A stretch of DNA of 64,000 bases. Origin: Octopus sinensis. Lineage: Eukaryota. The notes beneath the pieces are model-generated. The model searched no databases and was not told where the DNA came from. It saw only the letters and a program-made list of their open reading frames with translations. The DNA lies in assembly GCF_006345805.1 (NCBI RefSeq), contig NC_043002.1, positions 61,442,001 through 61,506,000 of the forward strand, read 5' to 3'. Below, in pieces: positions 52,921 through 64,000 of this stretch. The number at the start of each line of letters is the position of its first letter. Within the stretch, counting starts at the first letter, position 1. A program made the translations under genes and the position numbers.

Positions 52921-53325
52921 CATATATCTGGAAGATCCTGGAAGGAATTGTGCCAAATTTCGGCATTGAAAGCTACACCAATGCCAGAACGGGACGGCAC
53001 TGCATGGTGCCAAAGATCTAAGCAATGCCATCACGCTTCAGGACCAGTTACTACAACAGCCTGGGTTTCAAGGGCCCACAGCTTTTTAATATTCTCCCAA
53101 AGAGCCTGAGGAACTTGCACAAAATAGATGCAGGGGTTTTTAAATCAAAGCTGCACTTCTTCCTGTCGAGAGTCCCGGACGAGCCTACCTCACGGCAAGA
53201 GGTGCAAATGAGGGTAGCTATATCAAACTCCATACTTCATCAAGTGCCACATATTAGAGGAGGCACCTAGTAATAACAGTGTAGCGCAAAACGGCGGTGC
53301 ATCAGCATGGCCGCAGCTCTTAGTT
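52918..53325 (+). mobile_element. CR1-like LINE 3' fragment abutting the PLE fragment
   Basis: YIWKILEGIVPNFGIESYTNARTGRHC and SLGFKGPQLFNILPKSLRNL; tail GGCGGTGCATCAGCATGGCCGCAGC..TGAAAC. Confidence 0.85.
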
Positions 53326-53371
53326 GAAACTTAAAATATATATTATATATATATTATATATATATATATAT

Positions 53372-53408
<37 letters not shown>

Positions 53409-53476
53409 AACATATATATATATACATATATATATATATACATATACGTATATATATATTAATATCTGTATGTATG

Positions 53477-53560
<84 letters not shown>

Positions 53561-53786
53561 AATAAATATGCATCGTGCATCAACTACTTGAGAACAAAAT
53601 TTTACAGCAATTTTACTGAGGTGTTAAGAAAAGAATACATTATATAGAATTATGTACACATGCTGCTGATAATGGTAATGTTGACCGTGTTGATGCTGAT
53701 GCTGCTGCTGTGTATTGGGATCTTAGATGATGGCTAATATTGTGTCGATTAAATATGCTCTTTGGTTGATGTACATTATAACTAGA

Positions 53787-53850
53787 GTGATATCACGCGA
53801 AAAGTATAAATGAATTAATATTACTTTTGATTAATTAAAGGTTAGAATAT
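53787..53850 (-). promoter_or_regulatory. Orphan copy of the GPCR upstream block
   Basis: GCGAAAAGTATAAATGAATTAATATTACTTTTGATTAATTAAAGGTTAGAA aligns closely with 57605-57655; preceded by the same GAT/GCT-rich tract; no GPCR ORF downstream. Confidence 0.5.
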
Positions 53851-53889
53851 GATGCACGCAGACATGATAGGGGTTCGCATATCCACTGG

Positions 53890-54240
53890 AATAGCAGAGT
53901 TACTGGGAAAGATTTTACAATATACGATACTTAGAGCGAATAGAGGAGAGATATGCGGTGATATACGTACGGAAGATCCTAGAGGCGTTGGGACCAAATG
54001 TTGTCATTGGGAGTTATACCAGCCTCGGAAATGACGTTATTGCACTTTTCCAAGTTTCCGTATTGAGTGCCGACCAGTTACTGCAGTAACTTGAGGTCAA
54101 ATATCCCATAGCTATTGATTATCTTGCGGAAACATCTGAGAGATCTGACCGGTGTAGGGTCAGATATTTTCATCAAATAAGAAATATATTTTCTGCTTTC
54201 CCAGGTCCAGATGGACCTATATTTGAAAATGGAAGACTTG
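53890..54240 (+). mobile_element. Old CR1-like LINE 3' fragment
   Basis: SYWERF..LER..ERYAVIYVRKILE and LRDLTGVGSDIF, colinear with the 24966-25400 C-terminus. Confidence 0.6.
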
Positions 54241-54374
54241 ACTCATTGAGGAATTAGATTTAAGGTAGTGAATTATCATGACTAACGATGAAAGAATTGT
54301 ATTCACCATTAAAAAAGTATTTTACGTTGGCTATCATTTCTCTTCCACAATGTAATCATATATTACTTTATCCG

Positions 54375-54810
54375 TTTACTTTTTTCAGACCTTTGACTGC
54401 TGCCATGCTGGTGCACCACCTTCAGTCGATGAAATCGATACCAAGATTTATTCTCTGTAAGATTAGTACTTATTCTACTGGACTCCTTTGCAGAACCGCT
54501 AAGTTACGGGGCCGTAAACACACCAACATTGGTTGTCAAATAGAGACACACATATACATGTGTGCATGTATATATTTATACATACATAATTACATACATA
54601 CGTATGTATGTATGTATGTATGTATGTATGTATGTATGTATGTATGTATGTATGTATGTATGTATGTATGTATACGACGGGCTTCTTTCAGTTCTCGTCT
54701 GCCAAATCCACTGACATGTCTTTGGTCGGCCCGAGGTTATAGTACAAAACATTTTCGCAAGTTGCCACTATGTGTATCGGAGGCATGCTTCTTACCCCAC
54801 AGCCACGTCT
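54375..54810 (-). mobile_element. Composite SINE with central (ATGT)n
   Basis: Same organisation as 16045-16482. Confidence 0.7.
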
Positions 54811-55521
54811 GTACCTCTCAATCAAGATTTCATTGAAATCTACGAAGGCATGAATTTCCGTTCTCATATTTGTGAAAACTTGCATAAACATAACGTATTA
54901 CGAAAGCTCAATCAGAAACGTTTAAAAAAAGCCCAAATAGTATCCTATGTCAACAGTTTTGTAATAATATTTTTATGTAATAATAATTGTAATAATATTT
55001 TATTTAATTATTAAACAATATAATAGAACATTTAAACATGAAAGGCTATGATATAGCGTCTAAATGAAATAGGAGTCACAGCAATACATAGGTAAAAATA
55101 CAAATGACTGAGAAGTATTGGGCGATGGGTCATCGATGAGCTTTCAGCAACACATCGAGGAATCCCCACTCTCTTTCGAAAATATGTCCGAACTATCTCA
55201 GAAAATATGTCTGAAAGCTGCTAAGGAATAGGCAGAGATTATGTTCCGCCCAGACTATGAATTAGAAAATTATAAATGTGAAACATCGACATGTATCTTA
55301 ATGCGTTTGAATATATTATAATATAATTTATACATATAAGCAAACACACACGCACACATACAGATACGTGAATATTGAAGGATGAAAATGAGTTCTCAAC
55401 ACCGCATTGATGGATATAACATTTTTATTTGTGCTAAAAATGTGGGTAGATATCCCAGTGCCATACCAGTCTTTTTAGCCTATCACTTGGAGAAAGGTGA
55501 TTTCCTCTATTTAGGAAAATT

Positions 55522-55564
<43 letters not shown>

Positions 55565-55589
55565 GAATATATATATATATATTATATAT

Positions 55590-55811
55590 ATACTAAGCAA
55601 TAAGGGTTTAGCAACGAGTTGCCTTACCACATACCGAATTTAGAAATAGCAGTCAAAGGGTTATAGCTATTTCTTCTACTAAAAAGGGAGATCTCAGTTT
55701 TTACTGAGATCTCCCTTTTTAGTAGAAGAAATAGCTATAACCCTTTGACTGCTATTTCTAAATTCGGTATGTGGTAAGGCAACTCGTTGCTAAACCCTTA
55801 TTGCTTAGTAT
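55590..55811. repeat. Perfect palindrome: 109-bp arms and a TTTT loop
   Basis: 55590-55698 is the exact reverse complement of 55703-55811 (checked by eye). Confidence 0.95.
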
Positions 55812-55903
55812 TACTTAAATTTTCCTCGAATGAGGCTTTTACATGCCGAAGACTACTTGGTGTAATTGATAATTTTTCCAAATTAATTAATTTCACCCTT
55901 CAT

Positions 55904-55934
<31 letters not shown>

Positions 55935-56086
55935 GAATATGTCTTTATATATCACTTAGAGCGTGTGGAGCAATTGACAACAAAATATACATTGATAATA
56001 CATAAATGATAATTGTTAGGAGAGCTAGAGATATTTAGGTAGATAGATACTTACTGAACCGGTAAGTTACTCAAAAATGAAAAGAC

Positions 56087-57013
56087 TTAGGTCGTTGAAT
56101 TCTGCAGCGAATACACCGCATTTCTGTTCACTGAAGTCCCTTTACAAAACATTTGTTTCAAATTGTCGCGAAACGATTTGCTTCCCACAACATACATCAT
56201 AAAGTTGAACACGTTATTGATACAAGCTACCATGTCCAAAAACAGGTATAAAACCGTATTCATGTTGCTCAGTAGTGACATCACCACATAATAAGTAGAT
56301 GTAGGGAACGTTGTTAGAAGAAAAAGCGTGTTTATAGCGATGACGACATAAACAGTACTCTTTCTCTTCTCTGAGGAATTTCTTTGAAAATTTTGACCGA
56401 GGCATGGTGGATGCAGTAATTTATGCAACATAAGAATGGAACTGATGATCAATATCATGGCTGGTATGAATGCATAAATGAAGTGTACAATACAAAAAGC
56501 ATACACATTATTCCTCAAAAATACTGTCAACATTGTATACATAACGGTAACACATAAAAGAAGACAAAACAACACAATATAGGGTTTATAACGTGCAGAA
56601 GAATGAAAGCTGGAAAATGGGGAAAAAATTGCCAAAAGACGTTCAACAGATATGATAACAGTTATCCAGGAGGAATACATATATATAATAAAAGTGAATC
56701 CCACATATATTTCACTGTTGAATATACCTGCATAGGAAATGTTATATTGAAAGTTAGTTGATAGCCATATCAATTTTGGTAAATATATCAAAATTGCAAT
56801 GAAATCCACAAGAGCCAAGCAATGAAGATATGGAACAATTTTAGTCTGACGCATTTTCTTCTTGAAAAAAATTACAAAAACGGCAAAATTTCCGATAGAT
56901 CCAAGTATCAATAAAATTATTGAACCATATTGTATAGCTATAAGAAAATGTATATTCGTATAGTTTTCTGTCTGGTTACCGTTGGTCGATGCGTTCACTT
57001 CTGTTTTGTTCAT
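56087..57013 (-). CDS. Intronless class A GPCR, copy 4 (308 aa)
   Basis: GSIGN, LALVDF, SSWITVIISVER, YAFIP, FLLTTFP, NNVFNFMMY, FRDNLKQMFC; several N-terminal sequons. Confidence 0.93.
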   Translation of the reverse strand: MNKTEVNASTNGNQTENYTNIHFLIAIQYGSIILLILGSIGNFAVFVIFFKKKMRQTKIVPYLHCLALVDFIAILIYLPKLIWLSTNFQYNISYAGIFNSEIYVGFTFIIYMYSSWITVIISVERLLAIFSPFSSFHSSARYKPYIVLFCLLLCVTVMYTMLTVFLRNNVYAFCIVHFIYAFIPAMILIISSILMLHKLLHPPCLGQNFQRNSSEKRKSTVYVVIAINTLFLLTTFPTSTYYVVMSLLSNMNTVLYLFLDMVACINNVFNFMMYVVGSKSFRDNLKQMFCKGTSVNRNAVYSLQNSTT

Positions 57014-57594
57014 ATTTCCTTCTAATTCATCAATATGTCAGGTATCCTGATATTGATAGCAATAGTAATGGAACGTAACAAATAAATTTTATAAAATGTA
57101 TTATATTATAAAATATCCCGAAAATTTCCTCGTATTGCCGGGCGATATCTGCTTCGTGTAAATAATTTTAATCTGTGTTAGATATTTTCATACAAATGTA
57201 TTTATATATAATATAGTAAAACAAAGAGGTAAATATCTAATGTATGTGTATGTAGATACATGTATAGTGAAGACTGGGAAGTTTTTATTTCTTTAACTTC
57301 TACCCGCTGCTGTAAAGAATATTGCGCTTACAGTGAAGTTAATGATAATGCTGATAATTGTGATGATAACGTTAACGACAAACATTGGTGAAAATGCAGA
57401 TGATATTTGCGATGATGGTAATGCTGATGTCTCAGCTGTTGATCATAATGATGACGATGTGCTTGATGAATTTGTTGGAGTGTTGGGAAATATGAAACAA
57501 GGTGATAATGACTTCTAGTGCAACCATAGAATAGTATGAAGAATTGTGCACGTTGGGGGATGAGGATGCTGTATCAGATTTAATTATACCTTAA

Positions 57595-57690
57595 GTGATT
57601 TGGTGCGAAAGGTATAAATGAATCAATATCACATGCGATTAATAAAAGGCTAGAAAACCTACTAACAATGGTTTGAGGACGTTTAAGTGA
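57595..57690 (-). promoter_or_regulatory. Conserved upstream block of GPCR copy 4
   Basis: GGTATAAATGAATCAATATC..GGTTTGAGGACGTTTAAGTGA aligns with the 38605, 60990 and 53787 blocks. Confidence 0.4.
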
Positions 57691-58010
57691 CGGTTAGCGT
57701 TACAGTCTATATCTTACATTATTATATCTTACAAAAACAATGTAGCAAGTCTAATGTATCTTCATAGAATTAATTCTAAACATGGTGAATGTATGTATTA
57801 CTATATTAGTACATTAAATTTCCACCGTAGGATACGAATCCTCTGGGGTAATTTCAAATCTAGTATAAAAATCGATAAGATCCACGTGATGATGGGTTAG
57901 ACGACGGAATTATGTTTTAAGACGTAGGTTTCTAACTTATGTTATATTACGTCATGAACGGATTGACGAAGCGGTATATGTGTTAATATAAAAGAAGCCA
58001 CATTATATAC

Positions 58011-58087
<77 letters not shown>

Positions 58088-58255
58088 TATATATAAATAT
58101 CTAAACACATAGACTGATGGTTAAATACTACATTAGTATCCCGTCCTTGACAGGTAACTTTTGATAATACAATGGCCTTGGATTTAAATTTGCTTTTCCA
58201 CCAAATCTTTACAAATGAAAGGTAGAGAACCAATTACTTGGTTGTCATAATAAAA

Positions 58256-58510
58256 CTCTATCGGATTTTCAAACAGGTCAAATTGTTGGTGGTCGTATGG
58301 TAGGCGCCAGCATAATGAAAAAAATGCCCGAATATTTGCTGTATTGAAAACTGCTGTTTCGAACGTAATGACAGCATTTCAGAAAGAGGGAAAACCTCAT
58401 CATCGAAACGAAACTTCGGAAGAAAAACCAAAATTTTCAGATAGGTATCGTCGTAATCTTACGTGAATTCTTAGAAAGGACCACAAAAGCAAAGCTCCCA
58501 AAATTACACA
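58256..58510 (+). mobile_element. Tc1-like transposase N-terminal remnant
   Basis: SDFQTGQIVGGRMVGAS..VSNVMTAFQKEGK..RKDHKSKAPKIT matches the Tc1 HTH region. Confidence 0.7.
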
Positions 58511-58633
58511 CATATATATATACACATATAGATAAATATATATACATATCTTCATACATACACACACACACAAACACACACACATACACGCTCACACACA
58601 GACACAGACACACACGAACATTCACACACACAC

Positions 58634-58718
<85 letters not shown>

Positions 58719-59179
58719 TACATATATATAGATAGATATGTATGTATATATATATATATAAATACCAGAATGGAATAATATTCTTTTAAGTAAAGTATCT
58801 AAGTAGTATATCGAAAGATTCAGCGATGTGTGTGCCTGGCAAGTGATTCGGTCTGAGCTAATTGATAGTACGAAGGTTGATACGCCAATATTAGCCATTT
58901 CTGTATATCTCTGATTTGTTAATATATGATTTCCCCCAAAACATTTATGGATCAAAATTTTATTGACTTTCACAATGGCCTGAATATCAATTTCTCTGAT
59001 CTCTGTTTAAACGTGCAGAATCATAACGTGCTATGAAACTTCAATCAGAGAGTGACCCTGAAAAAAGCCAATATTATTGTTTGTAGGATATCGGCGGTGT
59101 CTAACGCTTTTGTATCCGGGGTACTAAACGGATATTTACAAACAACGAGACAATAGCAGAAATGGCTGTGGTAAGAAGC

Positions 59180-59650
59180 TTGCTTCCCAACCACATGATC
59201 CCTGTTTCAGACTCACTGTACTACAACCTTAGGCTAATCAAAGCTTTCTGAGTGGATTTGGAAGCAAAAAGAAGCTCGGCGTATATATATATATATATAT
59301 AATATATATATATATATAATTTATATATAGAGGGCATTATACATACATGCCAGAGGGCATTATACATACATGCCACACGCTAAGAGGGACAATTAGTCAT
59401 TTCTACCAAAAATATTACTAATCCCACCGAATGCAATTTTTCAATCAGTATTTATTTGTGTGTCTGTGTTTCTTCCCCAATCATCGCTTGACAATAGAGT
59501 TTTGTATGTTTACGCTCCTGTAACTTAGTTGTTCTGAAAGAGAAAACGATATAATAATTACTAGGCTTACAAAGAATAAGTTCTGCGAGCGATTTGTTCG
59601 ATTAAAGGCGGTGCTGCAGCATGGACGCCGTCAAATGAGTGAAAGAAGTA
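59180..59650 (+). mobile_element. Composite SINE, degraded
   Basis: Head TGTGGTAAGAAGCTTGCTTCCCAACCACATG and tail GGCGGTGCTGCAGCATGGACGCCGTCAAATGAGTGAAAG. Confidence 0.7.
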
Positions 59651-59689
59651 ATAAAATAAAAGAATGCAGAAAGAGAATTTGTCCTCGGC

Positions 59690-59778
59690 GGAATTTGTAA
59701 TCAGAACGTTAAGATGGACGAAAGAACGCTAAGCATTTTGTCCGGCGTGCACACGATTCTGCAAGTTCGCTGCCTTAT
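59690..59778 (-). mobile_element. Family A SINE head at the break of GPCR pseudogene 5
   Basis: ATAAGGCAGCGAACTTGCAGAATCG..CGCCGGACAAAATGCTTAGCG..ACGTTCTGA..AAATTCCGCCGAGG. Confidence 0.7.
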
Positions 59779-60527
59779 ATTTGGAAGCAGTTTTATGAAG
59801 TAATTATTAGACGGAGGTAAACTTAGTTAGCAGGAATTACAAGTTTATTGTAATCACTGTATAAATAGTAGTTTCTGACTGCGTTGTTGAATTATGTTGC
59901 AAATGAGACTGAGGGCTGTTGGATGGAATATTCATTATTAAATAAGGATAGAAGTAATTATTATAATCACACCTGGTAGGAATGAATAAATGAAGTGTAC
60001 AGCATCCAAAGTATACGTTTAAATTTTTACAAAGCCCTTCTAGCATTGTATACCTAACAGAAACACATACATGAAACGAGAGCATTACAAGGTGAGACTT
60101 ATACCGTTCAGGAGATTAAAGTCCGGACAAGGGAGGAAAACTTTAAAAAACTCTTTCGTGAGATATGATAACAGCTATCCAAGAATACTATATACATACA
60201 GAAGAATTGACGGACCCCAAATAATTTTCAGTTTTAAATATCTGTATGAGCTATCTTAGATTGCAAAATAGTTGACAGCCATATTAAATTTGGTAAATAT
60301 ACCAAAATAGCAATGAAATCTACAAGAGCCAAACAATGGAGATACGGAACAATTTTAGTCTGACGCATCTATTTCATGAAAAATATTGCAAAAACTGTAA
60401 AATTTCGGATAGATCCAAAGGTCAATTAAATTACTGAAACATACCTTATAGTTCCAACTAAATGAATGTTTGTATCGCCTTCTATCTGGTTACTGCTAGT
60501 CCGTACGTCCATTTCTCTTTTGTTCAT
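59779..60527 (-). pseudogene. GPCR copy 5 pseudogene (paralog of copy 4)
   Basis: MNKREMD..NIHL..YVSVI*LTFGSIRNF..MK*MRQTKIVPYLHCLALVDFIAIL: TAA at 60426-28, TAG at 60369-71, a frameshift near 60235 and further stops. Homology ends after TM6 at a SINE; TM7 not found. Confidence 0.9.
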
Positions 60528-60683
60528 ATTTTATTCTAATTCATCCACTGGACAGTCGCTCTTGACAACAAAAATTGCTGAATGAATCTAATTCCTATTA
60601 TAAACTCTAAAATACCACTTACGATGCCACGCCTTGTTGGTTAGAATTTGTTCTATGTTATGTAGGTAAATAGAACGATACAC

Positions 60684-60765
<82 letters not shown>

Positions 60766-60989
60766 CGTAATTTCTATTGGTTGAGGATATAATACCGTAT
60801 TTACTATATACTTCTTAACGTTGATGTAGGTGAAGATGCTGACGATGATGACATGACAATGATGGTCGTGATATGAATTGGAAGTGAAGTGAAGATCAAC
60901 ACTATAATTGCGATTATGTTGTGAAGATGATTATCTTCGCTGGTTGATGGGGATGCTGTAACTTTTATAGCATTTATATCGATTTGTCA

Positions 60990-61075
60990 TGAAAAGTATA
61001 AATGAATCGATATCATTTTTCATTACAAGAATACTAGACTACTTCCTGTCAAAGGTTTGAACACTGTTAAGTAAC
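60990..61075 (-). promoter_or_regulatory. Conserved upstream block of GPCR copy 5
   Basis: GAAAAGTATAAATGAATCGATATC..GGTTTGAACACTGTTAAGTAA. Confidence 0.4.
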
Positions 61076-61199
61076 TGCAGCAGTTCCGGTTTGCCCTAAA
61101 AACTGCTCTGCAAGTTTTAACAAAATCAGTTACTTGCTTAAAGTACATACCAAACGGTCATTTAATGAAAACATTATCAGATATAGTTACTACCTAATA

Positions 61200-62130
61200 T
61201 AGATTCTGAAAGCGCTAGTTAGTTAGTTTATCTTGATTCTAGTTGCGTATTATTTTTCTTAATAGCAGACATCAACAGCTCCTTAGTATCGTAAGCATGC
61301 TTAATGGTTTCGCTCTCACCGATACCTGACACTGAGAAGTACTGGTGGATGAAAGTAGGAGATTTTAGAGGGCAAGATGGGGAACATATTTGACCATCCG
61401 CTCTAGGTTTGTGAAGGTTGTGCATGAGCGAGTAGAATAATGCTGGAATACGTATGGCGTTCTACAATGTTTCTATGTAGGCTACGACACGATTGTTTCC
61501 ATGTAAGATGCTTCATCAATGCAAAGGCATTAAGGGAAGAAGTGCAGTGTCATGGTATGAAATTAATTGCTTATGCGCCTTAAATCATGACAAAATATGG
61601 GAAGTTGGTCAAAATATTTCAGTGGGACTTGTGTAGTGACATCTGTCGTTTCCCCTGTTCAGTTTTTGATCATGGACACCTTTATCATATGAAAAACAGA
61701 GGCTATACAGGTCCACGGTGTGCTTCATCTTGTTCAGCGCACGCAGAGCTCCTGGTAACAATTGAGTTAACATGTTACAAGACAAAAACATGTTATTTTC
61801 CCTGGGTTTACATTATGACCAAGTTCTGTGACTATTTACATTTATTTCAACTTGCTCCGACAGTCAGATTCCTAGCGAGCTTTGCGGATGAGGAATACGG
61901 GACATGCTCACAATCCTTATGTAAGAAATATCTTATTTTGCAGATATTTTACCAATCAGGTGGATTAAATGAAGAGGTTCCTTTCAATAATTTTCACCCT
62001 TCAACAAATCTAATTACGATAGACATTTCTTATGGTGATATTTAAAAAAAATTACCGAACTTCATCTTTCTTGATGTTCGCGATTCCTCTGTTCGCCTCA
62101 TCTGCAGTTTCCGGGAGAGAACGCTCACAA
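61200..62130 (-). mobile_element. maT/DD37D-like transposon remnant
   Basis: SSAKLARNL (HTH), HDQKLNRGNDRCHYTSPTEI and a C-terminal KHAYDTKELLMSAI. Confidence 0.6.
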
Positions 62131-62439
62131 ATATGAAACTAAATATTCTAAGTATATTACATTCTTACTGAAGTTCGTTTTTTTACGTCTTGAATTTTAT
62201 TTCAATAAACTATATGGCTTCGTTGTCCGAAACTTCGTAGCGCTTTCAATACTTTTTATGTCGAAAAATAAGTAATTACTACACAACAAAATGTAATATG
62301 TAATAGGTCGATTTAATTTACAACTGTTTTTATCATAAAAATAAACACAAGCAAACCACCCAATATTATAATGAAGCTGATTTTTTATTGCCCACAAGGG
62401 GCAGCGACAGATGAAATACCTAAACGCAGAGAGGGCAAA

Positions 62440-62632
62440 CAAGCACAGACAAACGGATTAAGTCGATTATATCGACCCCAGTGCGTAACTGATACCTAAT
62501 TAATCGACCCCGAAAGGATGAAAGGCAAAGTCGATCTCGGCGGAATTTGAACTTAGATGGTAACGGCAGACGAAATACCGCTAAGCACTTCGCCCGGCGT
62601 GTTAACGTTTCTACCAGCTCGCCGCCCTACCC
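62440..62632 (-). mobile_element. Family A SINE
   Basis: Minus-strand GGCGGCGAGCTGGTAGAAACGTTAACACGCCGGGCGAAGTGCTTAGCGG..GTTCAAATTCCGCCGAGATCGACTTTGCC. Confidence 0.8.
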
Positions 62633-62859
62633 AATACTATAATGAAGCATTGACCAGGGTCGTGTACACAGCAAAGATCTGATATATGTCAGCGGAACGC
62701 TCACATGCTTCCTCTACAATTCCCCTTTAAGGGTATGCAAACCGGAGGGCAATAAATTTAGCCATAAATCAGATAGTATTAAAATAGTCAGCAATGGCAG
62801 TAAGTTAAAATGCTCACATTCTGCAACCGAGGACTTAAATAAGATAGACACTATAGCGA

Positions 62860-62960
62860 AGGAGTGGCTGTGTGGTAAGTAGCTTGCTTACGAACCACAT
62901 GGTTCCGGGTTCAGCCCCACTACGTGGCACCTTGGGTAAGTGTCACCTAGGGTCGACAAA
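62860..62960 (+). mobile_element. tRNA-derived SINE head followed by a long (TA)n
   Basis: GGAGTGGCTGTGTGGTAAGTAGCTTGCTTAC..GGTTCAGCCCCACTACGTGGCACCTTGG (A/B-box-like). Confidence 0.7.
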
Positions 62961-62962
62961 AG

Positions 62963-63024
<62 letters not shown>

Positions 63025-63093
63025 ATGTATATATATATACATATATATATTATATATATATACATATATATATACATATATATATATATATAC

Positions 63094-63140
<47 letters not shown>

Positions 63141-63169
63141 TATATATATGTATACATATATATATACAT

Positions 63170-63244
<75 letters not shown>

Positions 63245-64000
63245 GGTGTGTCTATGTTTGTTGATCTGCCCAAACTGCAAAGTAACTTTCATAGGTGAAA
63301 CAAATAATTCTCTCTGCCAACGTGAAAACATGCACAGGCAACATATCCGACAAGAAGAATTGCGCAAGATTCCATTCACTAAGCATCTGGAACTATTGAG
63401 CGACTGAAATTTCAAAATCGTTCTATTGTACAAATGTCCACCGAACGATACGCCATACCGAAAAGAAAAGCAATGGAACTACATTTCATCAAAAAATTCA
63501 CTCCAAAGTTGAATGTTTGAAGATAAAGTGGAGAATTTGAATTATTTATTCCAAATGTGGCTCAATTCTACAAATGTTGCGACATATATATGTGTAGCAC
63601 TATAATGCCCTAACTTTACGTATACATATATGTATGTGTGTGTATGCATAAATATATATTTGTTTTATTTTATTTACTGATTCATTTTTCAAATTATTAA
63701 TTTGCAAATATTATACAAACGTATTTTCATGCAGAACAACACTTTATGAAAAAGTTCCCTCCAAATATGAATGTTTGGAAGGGGTATATTCCAAATATAA
63801 CTAAAAGAGGATAAAAAGAAAGAAATGAAGAAAAAGAAAGAAAAAAAGGAAAGAAGAAAGAAGGGGAAAAAGAAGAGAGATAAATAGAAAGCAAAAAGCC
63901 TTTCGGTGATGACCAAACCGCACCTGCTTTTGTTTTTAAGTGGTCACCATCCTTAAACCCATTCCAATACAATGGGAAAAATAAAAAATAATTAAATAAA

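Noticed and set aside
60960-60975. TATAAAAG on the minus strand as a TATA box for copy 5
   Set aside because: Not conserved at the equivalent position in copies 3 and 4, and expected by chance in AT-rich DNA.

Overview
AT-rich, microsatellite-dense eukaryotic DNA, most likely from an Octopus genome. This is inferred from the tRNA-derived SINE families and the dense (TA)n/(CA)n/(ATGT)n/(TAA)n tracts; the species cannot be fixed from sequence alone. The host content is a dispersed tandem array of intronless class A (rhodopsin-like) GPCR genes, all on the minus strand: four intact ORFs (1607-2668, 34601-35494, 37097-38008, 56087-57013) and one pseudogene (about 59779-60527). An orphan copy of their shared upstream block (about 53790-53850) suggests a lost sixth copy. 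The receptors are unusual: all four lack the TM3 cysteine (3.25) and have an extracellular loop 2 of only about 5 residues, so the canonical class A disulfide cannot form. The rest is a transposon graveyard: CR1-like, RTE and R4/Dong-like LINEs, Penelope-like elements, maT/mariner/Tc1 and hATm-like DNA transposon remnants, and many SINEs. Notable non-coding structures are a hammerhead-ribozyme element with direct and inverted repeats (14214-14907), further decayed hammerheads, a perfect 109-bp-arm palindrome just downstream of one GPCR, an RTE insertion with a 5' inversion and a 12-bp TSD, and a (TAA)n insertion hotspot. A 100-N scaffold gap lies at 23920-24019. Most short ORFs in the supplied track are microsatellite artefacts.
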